Shown piece after piece: positions 35,833 through 46,014 of a stretch of 64,000 nt of DNA. A program made the translations under genes and the position numbers. Location of the stretch: positions 122,674-186,673 of the forward strand of contig CBDBLR010000003.1 of assembly GCA_965207115.1 (NCBI GenBank), in the 5' to 3' direction. Positions within the stretch are counted from its first letter, which is position 1. Every line of letters begins with the position of its first letter. Source of the DNA: Dehalococcoidia bacterium. Lineage in GTDB: Bacteria; Chloroflexota; Dehalococcoidia; UBA6926. Below the pieces are notes generated by a model. The model ran no database searches. It was given only the letters and a program-made list of their open reading frames with translations, and was not told the origin of the DNA.

Positions 35833-38800
35833 CTAGCGAAACTCTGACCTGATAGCAATCGCCTGATACTTCGTTGAAGTATTTGATGGGTCGGATACTA
35901 CTAACAGTATATCGGCGATGCGTCGGGCCACCTCCGCGAAGTACTGCACTTCCTCCAGCTTCATTGCACGTCCCAGGATGCCCCGCTCCCGGTATGATAG
36001 CCACTTCTTTAGGACTTGGTAGCCGCCGAGCTTGTAACCCCAGACGGCGACTGGCACGTTTCGCCAAAAGGCAAAGTCGTTCAGGTAGATGTCCAGAGTG
36101 GTCTCGCCCAGAGACTGAGTGGTCTCGCCCAGAGCATCACGTTCGCCCTCGGTGTAGCGGCGTTCGATGATACGGCCCTGGCCTGGCATGACTGCCGTGC
36201 CCTGCCCAAAGTGTCCCCAGCTGGCCGTCACCGAGAAGTCATCCCCAGTCATGTTTCTACCGTCCACAGTTGTGGGAACCGCAATTGCGCCCATCTCTGG
36301 TCTCAATTCGCCTGAGGTAACGCCAAGCACCGGAGTGTCGGAGTCCAACAAGGCGGCAATCTCACGTCCTTGAGCCGCCGATGCCATCAATTCTTCCGCA
36401 GCTTGTAAGGAATCGTCATCCGGCCAGCCCGGTAACGGAATGCGAGGCCATTCCATCCTGAGCGCTCCTGCATTGGACTCCCGATACGCTGAATCGTGCA
36501 GCACGGCAAGGACGTGGTGGAACAGGTCCTCCACACCCAGGCCCAGACGATCCAGGTAGTGCTGCGCGTCCGCCGACAGATTGGGACGACGCTGCATTTC
36601 ATCTGCTTCGATCCCCAGTCCATGGTCGAGCAAATAGGCTGGGAACATCGCTGCTCCGCGTTCAATAAGGTGCAGCGAGGACAGGTGTCGCGTAAAGTAG
36701 GTTTGTGGTTCATTCGCGTCCTTTCGTAAGTGTTGAGCTGAGGACAGCCATAGGTTTGACGAGAATGCATGCGGCATATATCCAGGTACTGGTCGCCCGA
36801 GTAGGCCGGGCTCATCTGTCCAAAACAACCATCGGCTATCAAAGGGTCGATAGGCGTATCGCACGAAGGCAGCATTGATTTGATCCTCGCGGTCAAGTAA
36901 TGCCTCCCTAACCGTCCGAGCATCTCGAATTACAAATCCGGATGAACTCAACATAGCAGCCGGATAGCGTCGGTGAATTTCTTCATGACCGATGTGCGGA
37001 TTAAAGTAGTCTTGCATGCGAGCTTGAAGTCGATCTAGGTCAATATCGATTAGAAATGGATCCCGCTTTGTCTGAACTCCTGAGAAAAGCACCGGGAACA
37101 ACTGAGGCAGTGACGGCCACCTATGCCAATCTTCGCTAGCAGCCATTGGCTTGAAGGGCAATCCAAGTCGAGGGTTGGGGGTCATTCGTGAGTAGGCTGA
37201 ATCAATGGCAGGAGAGTCGAGGTCCCCCAACAACGCATGGCGTCTCTCATCTGCTCTGGCTTCGTGGAAGTCGCGGTACAAGACTCGCTTGTCCGCCGAT
37301 GAATTATTGGCATCGGACTTGGACAACATTGTGATCGCGGTGCCTACCTTAATCCCCGGCGATTGACCTGGAAGCGCAAAGACCGTCTCACTGGTCCTTC
37401 CGTCAGGAGCGTATTCGGAGATGATGCGGTCGCCGTGCAGATTGTCTATGCGAATTACGTCGAAAGCTTCCAAATAGCGTTCCCTCATGCCGGTGAAGGA
37501 GAGCCCGTCCAGCCACGAGTAGTTGGAGATGAAGCAGACCACGCCCTGGCCCGTCTTCTCGGCGATGCGCCGCTCCGCCATTCGAAAGAAGCGCACGTAC
37601 AGGTCGTTCAACCCCTGGCCCTCAGGCTTCCGAACCCGCTTGGTCGTCCGATAGGCGGTAGAAAGTTCCCGCTCTTCGTCCACAGCCATGCCCGCAAAGC
37701 CGTTGTAGGGCGGATTGCCGAGGATCACAAGTATCGGCCGGTCCTGCTTCACACGCTCGGCGCGGTCGCGCTCCTCCTCAAGCTCCGGGAACGGCAGTTG
37801 CTTCGGTCCACTTGGCTCCCACCCGGTGAGTGCGTTGGTCAAGAAAATACCCGCTCTCTCTGCCCCATCGTCAGACAGCGGTGCGTCCAGCGCTTGCATT
37901 GTCAGCCCGACCTGTAGATGAGCGACGACGAAGGGAGCGGGCATGATCTCGAATCCGAAGACTCGCTCAGTCGCCGCCTTTTTCACTTGTGCGCCGACCA
38001 AAGCACCCAGGCCCTTGTCCTTCATGTTGGCGGCGATGCGACGCAGCACCTCGGCAAGGTAGGCCCCGGTGCCGCAGCACGGGTCGAGGACGTAGACGTT
38101 CTCTGCGGCCAGACCGTCAACTATGCCAAGGTCGTCCTTCAACGCTCGGTCAACGCGGGCAACCATGTAGCGCACTACCTCGATTGGCGTGTACCAAACC
38201 CCCAACTGCTTGCGCAGCCCGGGGTCGAACGCCTCAAGGAACGGCTCGTAGAAGTACTGGACGGCCTCTCCTTCGTTGAAGCGGGCGAAGAAGGCATCCC
38301 GATCCACCCGGTCCAAGGCCGCCGACGTCCAGTCCAGGACCTCAATCAGCTCCAATGACCGCAGACGCCCGGGGTCCGAAAGCTGTTGGAAGAGCGCCCT
38401 CAACACCGGCGCTCGGAGATGCCAGACGGCTTCATGCCAGTTGAATGGTCCTGTAGGAGAAGGCGTCTGCCGTGCCCAGAGCACCCAGGCGGAGAAGACG
38501 CCGTAGAACAGGGTTTGCACCAATGAGGAGCGGAAGAATGCCGTGCCGCGCTCGCCTTCGAAGCGGACTCCCAGTGCCTCCTCCAAGGCCGACCTCACCG
38601 CGCCGAGCGAGGGGGCGTTGCCTGCTGTCTCCACCCGCGCCAGCCCATCTCTCGCATAGGACGCCAGGAGCCAGGCCAAGTCCCTCGGCTCCACGAGCCT
38701 GGCCCGGTGGGTTAGCGCCCTGCACAGGTATTCTCCAAGACCGGCTCCGACCGCATTCCCAAAGGCGCGGGGTCTCTCAAGTCGTGATTCGAACTCATCC

Positions 38801-39249
38801 AGCGTGTCCGCCAGCCGGAATGTCTCCAGCTTCACGGGGTTGCCCGTCGCGTCCTCACCGAGCAGCACGAAGTCGCGGGTGTTGGTGACAAGCACCACGC
38901 GGTAGCGATCCCAGTAACGACTCACCTGGTCACTGGCAGCGGTCAGCCAGGCATCGTCGCCGGCAGGCTTCACTTCGACCACGCCGTACTCAGGCAACTG
39001 GCCGTCGCGAGGCTTCCCCCGCTGCACCTGTTTCGCTGCATAGAGACCGAAGTCGGGATGCCCTGCCCCCTGCTGAGCAAGCTCGCCCACGCAGAACACC
39101 TTGGGTTTGAGCGTGCCGCCGATGGCGTTCAGCAGGTTGGCGAGCGGAGGGTAGTAGGAGCGCTCGCCCGTCGCGCCACCGGACGCCCGGATGCGTCGAA
39201 GGTCGTCAAGATACGCCTCGACCGCAGATTTCAGTTTGGCTTCTGTCAT
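35833..39249 (-). CDS. Single-chain restriction-modification enzyme (Type IIG with Type ISP-like specificity domain, no helicase)
   Basis: PD...EVK nuclease, GVWYTP, LDPCCGTG, GNPPY and C-terminal YKLGGYQVLKKWLSYR. Confidence 0.88.
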   Translation of the reverse strand: MTEAKLKSAVEAYLDDLRRIRASGGATGERSYYPPLANLLNAIGGTLKPKVFCVGELAQQGAGHPDFGLYAAKQVQRGKPRDGQLPEYGVVEVKPAGDDAWLTAASDQVSRYWDRYRVVLVTNTRDFVLLGEDATGNPVKLETFRLADTLDEFESRLERPRAFGNAVGAGLGEYLCRALTHRARLVEPRDLAWLLASYARDGLARVETAGNAPSLGAVRSALEEALGVRFEGERGTAFFRSSLVQTLFYGVFSAWVLWARQTPSPTGPFNWHEAVWHLRAPVLRALFQQLSDPGRLRSLELIEVLDWTSAALDRVDRDAFFARFNEGEAVQYFYEPFLEAFDPGLRKQLGVWYTPIEVVRYMVARVDRALKDDLGIVDGLAAENVYVLDPCCGTGAYLAEVLRRIAANMKDKGLGALVGAQVKKAATERVFGFEIMPAPFVVAHLQVGLTMQALDAPLSDDGAERAGIFLTNALTGWEPSGPKQLPFPELEEERDRAERVKQDRPILVILGNPPYNGFAGMAVDEERELSTAYRTTKRVRKPEGQGLNDLYVRFFRMAERRIAEKTGQGVVCFISNYSWLDGLSFTGMRERYLEAFDVIRIDNLHGDRIISEYAPDGRTSETVFALPGQSPGIKVGTAITMLSKSDANNSSADKRVLYRDFHEARADERRHALLGDLDSPAIDSAYSRMTPNPRLGLPFKPMAASEDWHRWPSLPQLFPVLFSGVQTKRDPFLIDIDLDRLQARMQDYFNPHIGHEEIHRRYPAAMLSSSGFVIRDARTVREALLDREDQINAAFVRYAYRPFDSRWLFWTDEPGLLGRPVPGYMPHAFSSNLWLSSAQHLRKDANEPQTYFTRHLSSLHLIERGAAMFPAYLLDHGLGIEADEMQRRPNLSADAQHYLDRLGLGVEDLFHHVLAVLHDSAYRESNAGALRMEWPRIPLPGWPDDDSLQAAEELMASAAQGREIAALLDSDTPVLGVTSGELRPEMGAIAVPTTVDGRNMTGDDFSVTASWGHFGQGTAVMPGQGRIIERRYTEGERDALGETTQSLGETTLDIYLNDFAFWRNVPVAVWGYKLGGYQVLKKWLSYRERGILGRAMKLEEVQYFAEVARRIADILLVVSDPSNTSTKYQAIAIRSEFR

Positions 39250-39274
39250 AGCTCAGTAGCCTCGTTGCTTCTCG

Positions 39275-39781
39275 CTATTGGAGAAGCCGCTCCGGTTCCA
39301 CCAGCAACTCGGATACGCGTCTCCCCAGGGCACTGGCGATGGCGTCGAGGGTCCTGAACCGGGGGGACTGTTCCCCCTTCTCCACCCGCACCAAAGTCAC
39401 CCGCCCTATTTCCGCTGCACGGGCGAGGGCCTCCTGCGTCATTCCGGCGGACTCCCTGAAGTCCCGGATGCGTGCGCCCAGAGTCTGCCTGCTCTGCATG
39501 GCTATCGCCTCGATTGCCGGTCGATAGGCTGCGTCACAGTAGTGACGGGCGAAGTCCCAAGGAATCTCCACCTGCTCTCCGCCAGCAGTCTCCACCACCA
39601 TCTCGTAAGGGTTCGGCAATTCGAGGCTGGACACGGCCCCGCGTTCCTTGAGCTCAGGGACGTCGGCGTAGGGCATAAGGCCCTTGGAGCCGTCGGCAAA
39701 GCTGAGCTCGATGCCGTCCTCCAACAGGCTGGCGGCCGTCATCATCCGGTTGGCGTTCCTGACCAAAACTGCTTCCATCAT
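39275..39781 (-). CDS. Antitoxin-like protein: DUF2442-like N-terminus + XRE HTH
   Basis: IELSFADG N-domain and MTQEALARAAEIGRVTLVRVEKG HTH; follows the DUF4160 gene. Confidence 0.75.
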   Translation of the reverse strand: MMEAVLVRNANRMMTAASLLEDGIELSFADGSKGLMPYADVPELKERGAVSSLELPNPYEMVVETAGGEQVEIPWDFARHYCDAAYRPAIEAIAMQSRQTLGARIRDFRESAGMTQEALARAAEIGRVTLVRVEKGEQSPRFRTLDAIASALGRRVSELLVEPERLLQ

Positions 39782-39784
39782 CGC

Positions 39785-40021
39785 CTATCCTCCATGAATG
39801 GCGTCCCACGTTCTTCTGATCTCCGCGGCGTATCTGGCATAGGCCCTCATGATGTTCCTGAAGTTCCCAGGGGGAGGCGTGTCCATGAAGGCGCCCCCGT
39901 TGATCTCTATGCGGCACACGTCTTCGTTGCCGACCCAGACGTGGACGTGGGGCGGCTCGAAGCTGTTCTCCCTGGTGTTGACGACAAAGCGGAACTGGCC
40001 ATCTATCGCCACGGTCGGCAT
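39785..40021 (-). CDS. DUF4160 family putative toxin
   Basis: MPTV...FEPPHVHV...W..IHG. Confidence 0.8.
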   Translation of the reverse strand: MPTVAIDGQFRFVVNTRENSFEPPHVHVWVGNEDVCRIEINGGAFMDTPPPGNFRNIMRAYARYAAEIRRTWDAIHGG

Positions 40022-40151
40022 GGGCAATCCTTCCGCTCATCAATGCCTTGTCGGGAGTCTCCGATGCACCTGAATAGTATCACAGAACGACACATAGGAG
40101 CAATCCATGTGGGTTGGCTGGGCTGCGTCGGAGGGTCCTAATATTCATCGA

Positions 40152-41006
40152 CTAGCTCCACCGCAAACCCAGGGTGAGCACTCGCCTCAACCAGCTCAGT
40201 CGCCTTGCCTTTGCCAATGCGGCAACCAACGCCTCCTTACGCCACCGCAGGTGGTCTTCCCTGCGTGATGCGTCCAGAGGTTCCGTCTCCGGCGGCAGCG
40301 TCAGGCCGAAGTCGCCGAGCATGGCGATCTCCAACTCCCACCGGCGCACAGCAGCCCATGCCCGGTCAACCCGGCTGCCTGAAACTTCACCCCCGGTCCG
40401 GATTGTCCGCCACTCGGCCACCAAAGCCGCCGCTGAACCGAAGGCGTGCTCCTCGTCGGGCTGTTCCTCCAACGTGACCACGCCGGCATCGGGAAGCCCG
40501 TGTTCCCGTCGTGGAGGCCGCCACTGTTGAGGTCCGTCATTGTCATCAGCTACGGCATTGGCCTCCCCATGTTCCGGCTCCTCGTCCTCCGACCTCTCAA
40601 CGTTGCCCTCCAAATCTGCCAGTCGTTTCGCCTGGGCTTCGATAGTCTCCACGAGGATGCCATGCGCTTCCTCCAACGCCGCCACCCGTTCCTCCAGTGC
40701 TGCCACCTTCTCCGCTATGTCACCGGCGTCATCGTCCTGCTCATCACCGCCGTCACCGCCCGCGTCCCGGTACTCCTCCAACGCCTTCCGCATCCGCCGG
40801 GATACGCGCCGAGACTCATGACAGGCCACCATCGTGCGGTAGTTCACCCCCAGGGCCTCGGCGGCAGCCACCTTGCCCCGCTGCTCGACCAGGGTATCCA
40901 GCAGGTCCAATAGGGGGTCGTCCGATAGGGGGATGTTCACGTCGTCGCCGGAACCCTTCGACCCGTCCGTGACAGTCTCTTCATTGCCAGGCAACAGCCC
41001 CTCCAT
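40152..41006 (-). CDS. HTH + coiled-coil protein, paralog of 19109-19942
   Basis: VAAAEALGVNYRTM HTH; VTLE...FG...GLTLPPET.PL domain. Confidence 0.8.
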   Translation of the reverse strand: MEGLLPGNEETVTDGSKGSGDDVNIPLSDDPLLDLLDTLVEQRGKVAAAEALGVNYRTMVACHESRRVSRRMRKALEEYRDAGGDGGDEQDDDAGDIAEKVAALEERVAALEEAHGILVETIEAQAKRLADLEGNVERSEDEEPEHGEANAVADDNDGPQQWRPPRREHGLPDAGVVTLEEQPDEEHAFGSAAALVAEWRTIRTGGEVSGSRVDRAWAAVRRWELEIAMLGDFGLTLPPETEPLDASRREDHLRWRKEALVAALAKARRLSWLRRVLTLGLRWS

Positions 41007-41374
41007 GCCTCAAAAAGTACAATCCCTACAATACAATCAGTACAATGTAGTTGCGATGGAGCGTCAACTGGTCATTGGCCAGATTGCTTACCCCAACCCC
41101 CTGCGCCAACCTGAATCCCGTTGGAAACCACCCTGATTGTATTCTACAATGTACTCCACTTCTCCTTACAGCCCGCACAGGGCGATTACCTTCCCTGAGC
41201 GATTGTAGTCCGACACGTCGGGCTCTCTGGCCCGCCCCCTGACCTCCGGGCTGCCTCGGTGCGTCGGGGTGTCTCTCGCCGGTCATCGCGGACTTGCCTT
41301 TCCCGGGGCGAATATCTGATAATAGCGCATGTGTTCTTTTCGCTGTGACTCTAGACAATAGGAGAGTATGCCTC

Positions 41375-43996
41375 ATGAAAACCAACCCCATCGCGAGACT
41401 ATTCAAGGGCGGGGAGAAGCCCGCCACCAAGCTGATGGCTGTCACCCCGCCCCGCTCCGGGGAGCGCACCATGCTGGGCGTGGAGAACCTGGTCAGCTCC
41501 ATCGCCGTCCCCGAACCCTTCTCGTTGGAGATCGTCGGAGACGCCGACGGCGTCACCCTGCTGGCCCGCTGTCGGGAGGGCTCCTTCGTCCGCCAGCAGG
41601 TGGGCGTCTTCTATCCCCAGGCCAGGGTGAACGAGGTCTCTCCGGAGGACGACCCGCTGCGGCTGACCGAGGGCGAACAGGCGTGGTCGATGGACCTGCG
41701 GCTCAGGGGGCCGGAGTACCTGCCCCTGCGCCCCTATCGGGACGACGACCTGCTCGACCCCGGCTCCGACCCGCTGATCTCCGTCATCGGCTCCCTGTCC
41801 GACCTGGAGGAGGGGGAACGGCTGGTGGCCCGGCTGCGCTTGTTGTCACTGGGTTCGGACTGGTCCATCGCCCACCAGGAGAAGGCCAACCCCAAGCCTG
41901 CCTACGACCCCACCACGTCCCCATCCTCCACCCAGCCACGGATCGACCGCACCAACGCAGCGACGATGACCATCTTGGCGTTGATGGTGCCGCCGGCGCT
42001 CATGGCTTACCTCTGGATACAGAGGGGTGAGACGTGGAAGGCGGTGCTGCTGGGTATTGGCGTGGCGTCCCTGGCTGCCGTGGCGGGCTGGGCCTGGTGG
42101 CGCTTCAAGAAGTGGCGTTCCGGGGGCAAGTACCAGGACCCGCTGATGATCAAGGACAAGGTGTCCCAGCCTGCCTACGAGGCCCAGCTGGAGGTGACCG
42201 CCGTGCTGTCGGAGCACGGCACCGAGAACAGGGCCAGGGAGCTCCTGCGGAACGTGGCCGCGGCCTACAGCCACTACAACAACCCCGCCGGAGCCAGCTT
42301 CCGGGCGACCAAGGTGCGCCCGGCGGTTCCCGACAGGGAGCCGTCGCCTCCCCGCAGGAGCCTGTTGGCGGGCAGGAATGTGCTGGGGGTGCGGGAGCTG
42401 GCGTCCCTGTGGCATCCCCTGGGGGCCGGAGACCAACTGCCCATGGTGGCCCGCACCGGGGCGAAGGCGCTGTTCCCCTCGTCCAGGAACGGCTCCGGCG
42501 GAGCCTACGTGGGAGACACGGTGGTGGGCAGGCCGAGGAAGGTGCACTTCCCCGCCGACGCGATGGGACGGCACCACCTCTACGTGGCCCGCACCCGCAT
42601 GGGCAAGTCCACGCTGATGCACCACCTGGTGGTCCACAAGATGCGGGAGAAGGCGGCGGGCCGCAACGAAAACGCCATCGTGGTCGTCGATCCCCACGAC
42701 GACCTGGTGAACTCCCTGCTGAAGCACGTGCCCGAGGAGATCGTGGACCGGGTGTACCTCATCGACCTGAAGAACGAGGAGCGTTCGCCGGGCATCAACC
42801 TGCTGGACGCCCGCATATTCCCCGACCGGGACCGCACGACCGACTCGGTGGTGCGCATCTCCAAGGGGTTGTGGGACCAGTGGGGACCCCGGATGCAGTC
42901 CATCCTGGAGCACACGGTCAAGAGCCTGCACGAGTACAACACCCACCCGGACACGAGGGAGGACGAGCAGTGCACCATCCTGGACGGGCTGCGTATGCTG
43001 TCCGACCTGAAGTACCGCAAGCGTGTGCTGAGGAGGGTGTCCGACCCCTACGTCCTGGGCTGGTGGGCCAGGGACTTCCGCAACTGGAGCCGCACCCTGA
43101 AGGCGGACGCCATCGCGCCGGTGCAGACCCGCCTGGCCTACTACGCGACGTCGAAGAAGGCCAGGGCCATATTGGGGCAGCGCCGCTCGACGCTTGACCT
43201 GCGTCAGGTGATCGCCGAGGGCGGGGTGCTGCTGGCGGCCACCTCCCAGTCCGATGCGGGGCAGGACGTGTCGGCCCTGGTGGGAGGGTCGCTGCTCAAC
43301 TTGACGGACGCGGTGATCCGGGAGCAGGGACGGCTCTCGCCGGAGGAGAGACGGGGGGCGCTGGTGGTGGTGGACGAGATGCAGGCGATGCCCGGCGTGG
43401 ACTACGAGTCGATGCTCTCCGAGCTGGGCAAGTTCGGGGCCAGCTTCATCCTGGCCACCCAGAGCCTGGCGAGGCTGAAGGATCTGTCCGAGACCATGCA
43501 GGACACGCTCCTTGCCAACGTGGGGTGTCTTGCGGTGTTCCAGGTGGCGGCGTCCGACGCCCGGCAGTTGATAGGCGAGTTGGACCGGGAGCGGTTGGAC
43601 GAGGAGGACCTGGTGTCGCTGCCCACGCACCACTGCTACGTGCGGGCCACGGTGGACGGGCTGAGGCAGCCGACCTACTCCCTGGGAGTGCGTGAGCCCG
43701 AGGCAGGGAGTCCCGCCGCCGAGGAGCGGGTTCGGGCGCGGGCCGAAGCCTACACCACCACGGCGGAGGTCATCGCCTCCCAGGACCCCGAGGTGGATCG
43801 GATGGCGCGGGAGTATCGGGAGGAGCTGGAGCGGGAGGAAGAGGAGCAAAAGCACGAGGGCGGAACCCCGCCTCCTCCCCCCGCCGGCAATGAGACGGCA
43901 AGCCAGTCCAAGCCAAAGAAGAAGAAACCGCGCACACGGCGCGGGGCCGGCAACCATCAGGACAGTCCCGGCGGCGGCCCGGCGCAGGATGAATGA
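41375..43996 (+). CDS. VirD4/TraG-like coupling protein 2
   Basis: Collinear paralog of 26802-29345 with the same ARTRMGKS and VDEMQ motifs. Confidence 0.85.
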   Translation: MKTNPIARLFKGGEKPATKLMAVTPPRSGERTMLGVENLVSSIAVPEPFSLEIVGDADGVTLLARCREGSFVRQQVGVFYPQARVNEVSPEDDPLRLTEGEQAWSMDLRLRGPEYLPLRPYRDDDLLDPGSDPLISVIGSLSDLEEGERLVARLRLLSLGSDWSIAHQEKANPKPAYDPTTSPSSTQPRIDRTNAATMTILALMVPPALMAYLWIQRGETWKAVLLGIGVASLAAVAGWAWWRFKKWRSGGKYQDPLMIKDKVSQPAYEAQLEVTAVLSEHGTENRARELLRNVAAAYSHYNNPAGASFRATKVRPAVPDREPSPPRRSLLAGRNVLGVRELASLWHPLGAGDQLPMVARTGAKALFPSSRNGSGGAYVGDTVVGRPRKVHFPADAMGRHHLYVARTRMGKSTLMHHLVVHKMREKAAGRNENAIVVVDPHDDLVNSLLKHVPEEIVDRVYLIDLKNEERSPGINLLDARIFPDRDRTTDSVVRISKGLWDQWGPRMQSILEHTVKSLHEYNTHPDTREDEQCTILDGLRMLSDLKYRKRVLRRVSDPYVLGWWARDFRNWSRTLKADAIAPVQTRLAYYATSKKARAILGQRRSTLDLRQVIAEGGVLLAATSQSDAGQDVSALVGGSLLNLTDAVIREQGRLSPEERRGALVVVDEMQAMPGVDYESMLSELGKFGASFILATQSLARLKDLSETMQDTLLANVGCLAVFQVAASDARQLIGELDRERLDEEDLVSLPTHHCYVRATVDGLRQPTYSLGVREPEAGSPAAEERVRARAEAYTTTAEVIASQDPEVDRMAREYREELEREEEEQKHEGGTPPPPPAGNETASQSKPKKKKPRTRRGAGNHQDSPGGGPAQDE

Positions 43997-45657
43997 GGGC
44001 GAAGGAACGGGAGGGTTTGGCCCTGCGCACGTTGGCGGCCATGCCCTTCCTCGACTACCTGGAGTTGGCAGCCGTCTCCGGCATGGCGGAGAGCACGGCC
44101 CGCCACGTCCTGGGCCGCTTGCAGCGGAAGGGGTTGGCGGACTTGATCCGCCACGCCTCTCCCCTAACGACGACCACCAGGCGTTGGGTCGCCACCGCTG
44201 ATGGACTGCGGTTTCTGGCTGTTGAGAGCGGAACCGGCATCGACCGCCTGCTGCGGACGCATCCGGTCTCGGCCCACTGGCAACGCATCCTGCTGGCCCG
44301 GCTGGACGCGGTGGCCGTCGTCTACCGGCTGGCCTCGGCGGTGGCGGATGCGGTTGGCCCTCCCCGCTTCCGGTGGTACCGCGCCGCCCCGCTGGACGCC
44401 GCCATGCTGCTCCCCGACGACAGGACCGTCGGCGTGATCCGGCAGGGTCCCACCGCCGACCGGACATCCTTCTCCGACCGGGTACGACGCCTTATGGACC
44501 CGGAGCAGTCACGGCCCCGCGCCCTGCTTGCCCTCATGCCCGACGAGGCGAGGCTGCGGCAGGCACGGCGGCTGTTGGCTCGCTATCCCGGCCCGGTGTA
44601 CCTGGCTCTTGAACGGGACGCGGCACGCCTGTTGACTGACGACAAGGTATGGCACGGAACGTCCACTCCTGCGCAGTTGTCCCTTGAGGACATCTTCGCT
44701 CGCCTACGGCCGGGCGGCACGCTGCCGTGGGAACCGCCAACTTCGAGACTGTCCCTGCCCGATGACGCCGACCTGAATGGGATTGAAGATGATGATGACG
44801 TCGCCAACCACCTTCTCCCCGCCCTCCTCAAGCCCGCCGAGAAGCGGGTGCTGGACTGCCTCGCCGACTGGCCCCTGATCGACGCCGCAGACCTGGGCGG
44901 CATCCTGGGGCTATCGCCTTCAGGGGTCTCCAAGTTGACCTCCCGGCTTGAGAAGCTCGGTCTTCTCTCCAAGACGGCGCTTGACGGTCGTCGCCGATTG
45001 GCGCTCAGGGATGGTGGGCTATCCCTTCTGGCCCGCAGGGACCGGGTCTCAGTGGGGGCTGCCGTGCGCCGCTGGAGCGTCGAGACGATGGACGGACAAT
45101 CTCCGTCGTCCTGGCGAGACCTACCGGGGGCACGGGCGCGTCCCCTTGCCCGGACCATCGACCACACCCAGGCGGTGCACCGGTTCATGGCGGCGCTGGT
45201 GCAGCAGGCGAAGGGAACCAAGAGCTACCGCGTCGCGCAGGTTTCGCCGCCCCATCACGCCGCCCGATACTTCCGGTACGGAGGCAGCCTACGCTCCATC
45301 CACCCCGACGGCTTCGGCGTGGCGCAGATCGGCAGCCGGACTATCCCCTTCTTCCTGGAGTACGAGCGCAGGGCGGTGAATCCTTCCACCATGGCCGCCC
45401 GGCTTGCCCCCTACCTGCGCTACTACTCCTCCAACCGGCCCCTGGAAGACCACGGGGAACGCCCGTTGGTGCTCATCGTCTTTGAAGACTCGTTGGCTGA
45501 AGCGAATTTTCTGACTGTTGCCCGACGTGAGATGGAGCGCACCAGGGTCAAGCTGCCCCTGTGGGTCTCCCATAGGGAAGCGATAGAGAGAGTCGGGCCG
45601 CTGGGTAGGGTTTGGCGCAGCCCAGACGTGCTGGAGCCGGAAAGCATCTTCGGCTGA
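43993..45657 (+). CDS. Replication-relaxation family putative relaxase 2
   Basis: Paralog of 29342-30997; PDGFG...LEYER; ATGA overlap. Confidence 0.75.
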   Translation: MRAKEREGLALRTLAAMPFLDYLELAAVSGMAESTARHVLGRLQRKGLADLIRHASPLTTTTRRWVATADGLRFLAVESGTGIDRLLRTHPVSAHWQRILLARLDAVAVVYRLASAVADAVGPPRFRWYRAAPLDAAMLLPDDRTVGVIRQGPTADRTSFSDRVRRLMDPEQSRPRALLALMPDEARLRQARRLLARYPGPVYLALERDAARLLTDDKVWHGTSTPAQLSLEDIFARLRPGGTLPWEPPTSRLSLPDDADLNGIEDDDDVANHLLPALLKPAEKRVLDCLADWPLIDAADLGGILGLSPSGVSKLTSRLEKLGLLSKTALDGRRRLALRDGGLSLLARRDRVSVGAAVRRWSVETMDGQSPSSWRDLPGARARPLARTIDHTQAVHRFMAALVQQAKGTKSYRVAQVSPPHHAARYFRYGGSLRSIHPDGFGVAQIGSRTIPFFLEYERRAVNPSTMAARLAPYLRYYSSNRPLEDHGERPLVLIVFEDSLAEANFLTVARREMERTRVKLPLWVSHREAIERVGPLGRVWRSPDVLEPESIFG

Positions 45658-46014
45658 CTTGCCAATGGATGCAGGGACTGATAGCTTGTGGCGACCGGCC
45701 TTGTGGTGCTGCAATGAGCGACTGCGGCTGAGTCGCATTGGTCTCGGATGAGACAAAGCAGAGCACACCCACCGCGAGAACGCGCACGGATGGTCTTAAA
45801 GATGATCAATCCCGCGAGCAAATGCTCAGAGAGGACTGATTACACTATTAGAAGTAGGCAGTCTGCAACACGTCATTTTGAGATAAACATACATTTCTTG
45901 CTTCCTCCCAAAACATTAGGGCAGAGACAGTTGCCTTTAGTGAGGTATGCAGCATGTCCTTAGGACATGCTATTATGATCGCACCGAGGCATCAGTGAGC
46001 GAGTTGAATCAAAT

